DNA from: Schmidtea polychroa
Taxonomy: Eukaryota
Length of the DNA: 64,000 bases
Direction: 5' to 3'
Assembly: GCA_044892525.1 (NCBI GenBank)
Contig: CM097885.1
Location: forward strand, 2,358,001-2,422,000
Shown here: positions 57,301-64,000 of the stretch, in pieces
How the letters are laid out: every line of letters begins with the position of its first letter
Position numbering within the stretch: the stretch's first letter is position 1
The notes under the pieces: generated by a model
Seen by the model: the letters and a program-made list of their open reading frames with translations, nothing else
What the model was told of the DNA's origin: nothing
Database searches by the model: none
Program-made: the position numbers and the translations under genes

Positions 57301-58484
57301 TATGGAAATTATTGAATATTTGTTATTTATTTATTTGTTATTATTATTTATATTTTTTCAATTATTTTTATTTATTTATTTTGTGCATAATACTTATTCA
57401 ATATTTATTAATCTTTATAAGATATTCCCTATGATTAAATCAGCCAATGTATTAATTATTACACAATTGGCGTTTGAAGCCGTCTCATGGCAATTATTTA
57501 GCACCAAATACCTAAATTACAGTACGCTTACCCATAAATTAAGGTATACTATAAGACATAAATAAATTTTATATTGAAAAAATAAACACACTTACTTGAA
57601 ATAATCAGAAATATTAAGATTACTGGCATAAATAAGGGGCATTTACTATAGAAAGGCAGAAAAAGGTGAGAAGATTAAAATGCAAACACACATATACGTA
57701 TAAGAATACAACCGGACAAAAATTATGGGCAGTAATCATTAATTACGGGATTTTTGAATTATTCATATATACAATTTGAAGGTTTTTCACTTTCCACCTT
57801 TACATGATTAGTAGGGAAGCAGAGGGCAACTAAAATATAATTTATTCTAAAAAATTCAAAATTCAAATTTTTTAAAAATTTGGAAAATGAAAATCATCGA
57901 AAAAGCAATTTATAATTAAAATATTAAATTTAGAATTAATTATTTTTTAATACTCAGAAATTGCAAAAAAAAAGATTGACTGAAGTCACGGAACAAAGAG
58001 AACATCACTGCAATCACATAAAGACAACTTTCCCGAAATTATTTCTAATTAAAAAATGTTTATAACTTATTCAAATATGTATTTAAATGGCAATTTAATA
58101 AATCTCACCACTTTCAAATAATATATCCCTAACCCGGGATTGGTCGCAATTTGAAATTTTACGAGAGCTGTCGCGTTAGGGTCATTTTGTACAAATAATG
58201 TAAGCCTTATTACAAATGCAGAAGATGATGTTATCTAGATACAAAATGACGTAAGTACTTCCTTAAAATTAATTTTATTATTTATAAACACATTATTGCA
58301 AATTAAATTCTACTGCACCTCAGTTATTAGTGCAAAAAATAAAAAAATTAATATAAAAATTAAATCAGAAAGCTCGAATATTTTGGACTCACAAATATTG
58401 CAATATGTTATAGTCTGTTCTTTACAAAAAAATTAGAACTTGTTTTACATATTGTTTTTGTTTTTCTTAGAGGAGCATCTAAAG

Positions 58485-58839
58485 CATTGGTTCTAAACCC
58501 GTGTTCCGCGATTACGCTTCCAGTGTTCCGCGAAAAAATGACATTTTATCTTTAAATTTGCATTTAAGATACATATCATCAAAAACCTCAATTAATTATT
58601 TTATAAGCTGATTCAATAAGAAAGCCGTTGCACAGATATATAAACATACAAATATAAATTTGTTATTGTTGCGCGTGGTATTTTCTTTGCTTATAAAAAG
58701 GCATTGTTTACGTTTACGACAGCTTTATAGTAATTTGTGATTGGTCAATCATTGTGGGCCAGTATTTTTTTGTGAGTGTTCCGCGTAAAAAAATCATGTG
58801 AATGGTGTTCCGCGCTTTTATATTAATTGAGAATCACTG
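58485..58839. mobile_element. hAT-Charlie/Buster-type MITE (355 bp) nested in the piggyBac element
   Basis: Perfect 8-bp TSD ATCTAAAG (58477-58484, 58840-58847), TIRs cattggttctaaa / ttgagaatcactg, and four subterminal gtgttccgcg repeats. Confidence 0.9.
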
Positions 58840-59591
58840 ATCTAAAGCATCTTCCAGGACGTGCTTTTGTCTCTTCGTTGTCTTGCATGCTTGCTTCTAA
58901 ACTAAATACTTCATCATTAGATTCTTCACTAAATTCACCTGATTGTTCAGTATCAGTGACGTGATCACTAACTTGTAAATCATCTTCGGCATCACTCTGA
59001 TTTTCAGATATTTCTTTTTACGATTGTATTTCATCCCATAACTTTTACAAACGTGCTACTTCTCGCTCATAGTCTCCCATTTCTTAAATAAATATATAAA
59101 ATATTTAGAATAAGTTAAATTAAGACATTTTTTAACTTACTTACCAAAAAAGTTAAATATGGAACAATTTATAATAGACCAAACAGTGCTAACGATATAA
59201 GTCGCAATACGGTCGATATGACCATACACAGAAACAAGGCGTAATAACGGCCAAACCCCACAAAATAAAACACTCAACTAACTTGCATTAACAGCATTAG
59301 TACGTTTTGTAAACATAACTAGATGCAGAGCTTTGAAGCATGCGTAAGTTGTAAGGAGTGAGCGAATTTTATATTTATCGGTCTTTTGGACATATTATGT
59401 CGCGTCTGTGTGCATTTTCTGTTTGCATTTGACATTGGTTTTGTATGCGCACACAGACGCGATCAGTGTAATTTTAAAGATTCATATTTTATTTTAGTTG
59501 GAATTTTGGATTTATGAAGTTGAATTTGTTTTAATCAAATTTTTTGGAGGTTTTCTGGAAGTGTATTTTTTTGAAAAATAAAATTTCTTTA

Positions 59592-60158
59592 ATGGCTACG
59601 ATTAAGACAGATAATTACTATTATCATAAATGCAACAGGGACGTTCACATATCTCAGGATGGTAAATGTGTGACGTGCAATGATGGATTTATTGAAAGAA
59701 TTGAATCGGATAACTCAATGGAAAGTGATGATGATGACTTGAATGTTTTTCATATTATTCGTCATATTCCTGGTGGAAGTACTACAAACGAAACTGATGG
59801 TTCCTTTTTCATTACTCCAAGAGATCCTGATAACAGAAATAGTGTTTTTGGCCAACTAATATCAAATTTATTTGTTGGATTGCTACCTCTAGATTTTAGA
59901 TCCGATTCGTCAGATTACATATTTTCAGATCAAAGTTTCGACAATTTTGTAACGAGTATTATGAATCAATTTGAACAAAGTGGTCCTCCACTAGCAAATG
60001 AGGCAGATATTGAGAAATTAAAAGTCAAGAAAATCACCGAAGCTAATGATACAGGTTCCATTTGTCTGTCAGATTATGAGGTGGCCGATGAAGTGTACGA
60101 GTTGCCCTGTCAGCATAGATACCCTGTTCAGTGTCTATAAACGTGGTTAATTAAACAG
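59592..60158 (+). pseudogene. RNF115/RNF126-like E3 ligase pseudogene fragment
   Basis: N-terminal zinc ribbon (YYYHKC...CVTCNDGFIE), 'SDYIF...FDNFVTSIMNQFEQSGPPLA', and a RING-H2 'GSICLSDYEVADEVYELPCQHRYPVQCL*TWLIKQ'. The RING has lost ligands, carries an in-frame stop and is truncated before the last CxxC. Confidence 0.88.
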
Positions 60159-61395
60159 CGGTCTTTTGGACATATTAGCGACCAATCCCGCGTTAATGGC
60201 CTGAAATTCATAATAATTACGAAATATTTATTTTAAAAATTATATTATTTATACATTTAAATTAAAATTATTTCAAAACTTTAGAAAATTGTAAATTTAA
60301 CTTATCAACGCATAATATTTGTCTTTGTTGCACATAATTTATGCGCTTTGGGGTAATCAAATATTCAGTTATACCCTGCCCACGTCGAGTTATTAGCTCA
60401 GTCCACCTTGCTGGAGTACTTGATGACCATCGAACCTTAACCTGTATACAAGCTTCTTACTCAATTTTATTGTATAGATTAATTTGACAATATAAAATAC
60501 ATAGGAACCCTAATAACATTCGTTCAATATTACTTACCAATTTCGATGTATATGGAAGGGCTACCATTATTTGTTTTTGATTTTTATAAATTCAATTCTA
60601 TCAACAATGACAATGTTGATAAATTCCTCTCGATGAATAGCCACAATGATGGTCAGACCCTTGATGAGTAATCCTAGGGTAGTGACATTGATATATCCGT
60701 ATGAAAGACCTATGACCTTAATCCGTGACCCTGAAGATATTGAAGCCAAGCTGATCTCCCCTGAGAATCACATAAAAGACAACAAATGCCACAAAACCAT
60801 TCTGTTCATAATAATTATAATTATAATTTATTAAATTTTTTTCAAAGATTTTTTAAGCTTAAAATATATTTTCTATGGTGACGATATAAAAAAGAAATAC
60901 AAAGACATTGCAAGTTGAGGATGCAATCCGTCCATTGCAAGGTTCACAACTGGCTCCTTCATAGTCTTATTTTTATCTTTTCTTTTCTGCTGCTCGAGAC
61001 CTCCTGGAGAAAATAAATTTGAGGCAATGGAGAAAATGAGGATTTATAACCATTTAAACAAACAATTTCTGGAGATATTCAATTATGAACGAACAGAAAG
61101 GATGGCAATACATTATTATGAATTAAAAAGCGTTGCAAGTCAGTCAAAATAATCCTTATCTAAAATAAAAATCTAAAATGATCCCAAATTGGGAGATCTC
61201 TGTACCTTTATAAGAAAGTAAACCTCCGTATTAAATATACGCTATCAAAAATACTAAGTTATTTTTTTAAGATCATTTCAGGTGGCAATTTTTATCAAGG
61301 ATAAATATCCACCAATCAATTGCAAGGAGATGTCGGTTAAGTCACCAATCTGATTATTTATTAACTTGATTTTCAGCTGTTTTTTCTATTATAGG

Positions 61396-61700
61396 AACAG
61401 TTTACATAAATACGTTGTATTCACATTTGAATCGGAGAGCAAATTATCACTTGATTTGTTGGTTTTGTTAATTTAACGCAAACAGAAACACTATGAGACA
61501 GAGATTTATAGAAAAACAACCGTCAATGATTTATATACTTCTTCTAAACGTTTGTATGAATTTAGGTATAAGGGTAACATGGTGAAGAGCGTGATTTATC
61601 GTTCATGGTCTTTGTCTCTTATTTTTGTTAATTCAGTGAAAGGTGTTGGCAAATTGGTTAAATTGTTAATGAAGAACGGTTATTCAAAATCCTTTTCATT
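61396..61700 (+). mobile_element. Penelope-like retroelement RT C-terminal fragment
   Basis: 'NSLHKYVVFTFESE...YETEIYRKTT...YKGNMVKSVIYRSWSLS...LLMKNGYS' matches the PLE FT.E.E / YRK.T / NGYP motif series. Confidence 0.85.
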
Positions 61701-62054
61701 AATTATGGTAAATTTATTAATAATAATAATAATGATAATAATAATAATTGTTTCAGCTGATTTCGGCGTCGCGTTTGAGAGCGCGTTTTTTTAATGATTT
61801 CTGGTATGAGTGTGTACACAGACGCGGGCGGGGTTGTTTTGTCATTTTTATCACGTCTGATGCGCGTTGTTTTTAAAGTAGTTCTATCGTGTTGGTGTAC
61901 GCCCATACATACGCGAGCAAAGGTTTTTCTCGAAAATCTCGAAAATTTTTGGTAGTTATTTTATTTTAAAATGTTTTGGAAATTATTGTAAATTGATTGA
62001 TATATGAAATTTTTGTTTAAACCTTATTTCTTTTGGGCTCTTTGGAATATATTG

Positions 62055-62650
62055 ATGGCTGAGGAACGCATTATATCATATACATGGGAAGCATTGAATG
62101 CTTTATTAAGAAATGTACAAAGTACATCTATTAAAGAGAGTCGACCAATATTTAGTTCACCAATTCCCCTAACCGATCAATATGTTAGAAGCTATATTTC
62201 ACAAGGGAAAAAGACTAAAGCTTTTGAAAAGGTTGACAAACTATTAAAAGAATATTCATCGCGAATTTATAACATCGATTTATGGAAATTTTATTTGTCT
62301 TATAAAAAGATAACAATACAATTAGTTTCAAAGAAAGAATGGCTTAAGCTATGATTATCCAGTAGATAGAATGGGTTTGGATTTAAAGACTTTCCTATTT
62401 GGTCAGATTATATAAATTTCTTAAAATCAACTCAAGTCAAACGTCAATATGCTGAAAGTCAAAAGACAATTGCTACACGTCAAATCTATCATTGGGCTAT
62501 TGCTACTCCATTGGTTGGTACTGAAACAATTTGGAGATTATAATGCCTTCGAAACTTCTATTAATAGCGTCATCGTTAAGAGATTTATCGAAGAGAGAAG
62601 TCGGGATTACATGAACGCAAAGCGAGTTGCAGGAGAATTTGACGCTGGTA
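62055..62650 (+). pseudogene. CSTF3: CstF-77 (CSTF3/Suppressor of forked) 5' pseudogene fragment
   Basis: 'FEKVDKL...NIDLWKFYLSY', 'IWSDYINFLK...YAESQKTIATRQIY' and 'DYNAFETSIN...RFIEERSRDYMNAKRVA' match the CstF-77 N-terminal HAT repeats. The match is spread over several frames with stops and ends abruptly. Confidence 0.85.
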
Positions 62651-62890
62651 TTTTAAAAAGAGGACAGACTTTGTTGGCTTATAAACTTGGAGTCAAGCAA
62701 ATGATAATTGCTAAAAATAGAAATTTGTTCAGTCTATCTACATTTGATTTATTCAAATACTATTCAAGGACTATCGTATAGTCGAAAATTCTTTCATTAA
62801 ATACATTATTTGCAGCAAAAGGCTTAAATTATCATTTTATTGTTTTAAATAATAATGCTGCTACCAAGCAATCATCATTTTATACTTTCA

Positions 62891-63582
<692 letters not shown>

Positions 63583-64000
63583 CCTTGGACAATTCACTTA
63601 AATCCGAAATTGACTCATTTTGCTGATGTAATTTCCTCACTGACCGTTTAGAATCAGGCCGTTGATCCGAGGACCCCTCTTTAACTTTCCGAGGGGGAAC
63701 TCCGTTGGAATTACTGGCGATCTAAAGAATGTTTTCATTATCAAAATTTCACTAAATCAGTTTGCATTTAATTGTATTTATTTATCCTGCATATGAAATA
63801 CTAAATATTTACATCTGCCTAGAAATGGGAGGGGTGCGAGATCTCGCCTTTATCATTTCATGGACACTCGTAGCGTAAGTATTAGTCGCTACATTTGGGC
63901 AGCATTAAAACTCTACAGCTGGCAAGATATATGACCGAAAATCTCCGCCAGAAAAACATGAATATAATTTACAAAGCATTAAATCATTGGGAATTTATCC

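Larger units (their letters stand above)
58133..60192 (-). mobile_element. Non-autonomous piggyBac-type element carrying a host gene fragment
   Basis: 15-bp TIRs cccgggattggtcgc (58133-58147) and gcgaccaatcccgcg (60178-60192) match at 14/15, with CTAA and TTAA flanks. The minus strand at 59080-58850 reads 'MGDYEREVARL*KVWDEI...EDDLQVSDHVTDTEQSG', an acidic N-terminus like those of piggyBac transposases, downstream of a short intron. Confidence 0.78.

Noticed and set aside
59379..59397. cggtctt... as a flatworm spliced-leader sequence
   Set aside because: The resemblance is limited to about 7 nt, with no SL donor or Sm site. It is better explained as the piggyBac subterminal duplication.

Overview
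This is very AT-rich eukaryotic DNA with long (AAT)n and (TA)n tracts and 40-60 bp GT-AG introns. It most resembles a triclad flatworm (planarian), which is an inference. Three intact-looking host genes are present: a 5-exon VTI1A-like Qb-SNARE (13600-15421, -) whose third intron is filled by a GC-rich CCAAT-box minisatellite, a single-exon four-TM claudin-like protein (45517-45978, +), and an intronless DEG/ENaC channel (54395-56095, -). There are also two broken housekeeping-gene copies, RNF115/126-like and CstF-77-like. Most of the rest is mobile DNA: hAT, pogo/Tigger, Chapaev3-like, piggyBac and Penelope remnants, several MITEs and two solo-LTR-like units. Four structures stand out. (1) A 13.5-kb Polinton/Maverick-type element (26182-39662; AGTAGT ends, CCTAAG 6-bp TSD) lacks recognisable viral genes and is almost entirely nested inverted repeats; it carries an intron-rich gene-like cassette in both arms and ten copies of a palindromic ~80-bp motif. 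(2) A 3.9-kb TG...CA solo-LTR-like unit inside an (ATT)n tract contains its own promoter, intron, 247-aa ORF and polyA signal. (3) A piggyBac-type element has captured an RNF115/126 gene fragment between 19-bp direct repeats. (4) Two diverged ~900-bp TA-flanked TIR elements conserve splice sites around apparently non-coding exons.
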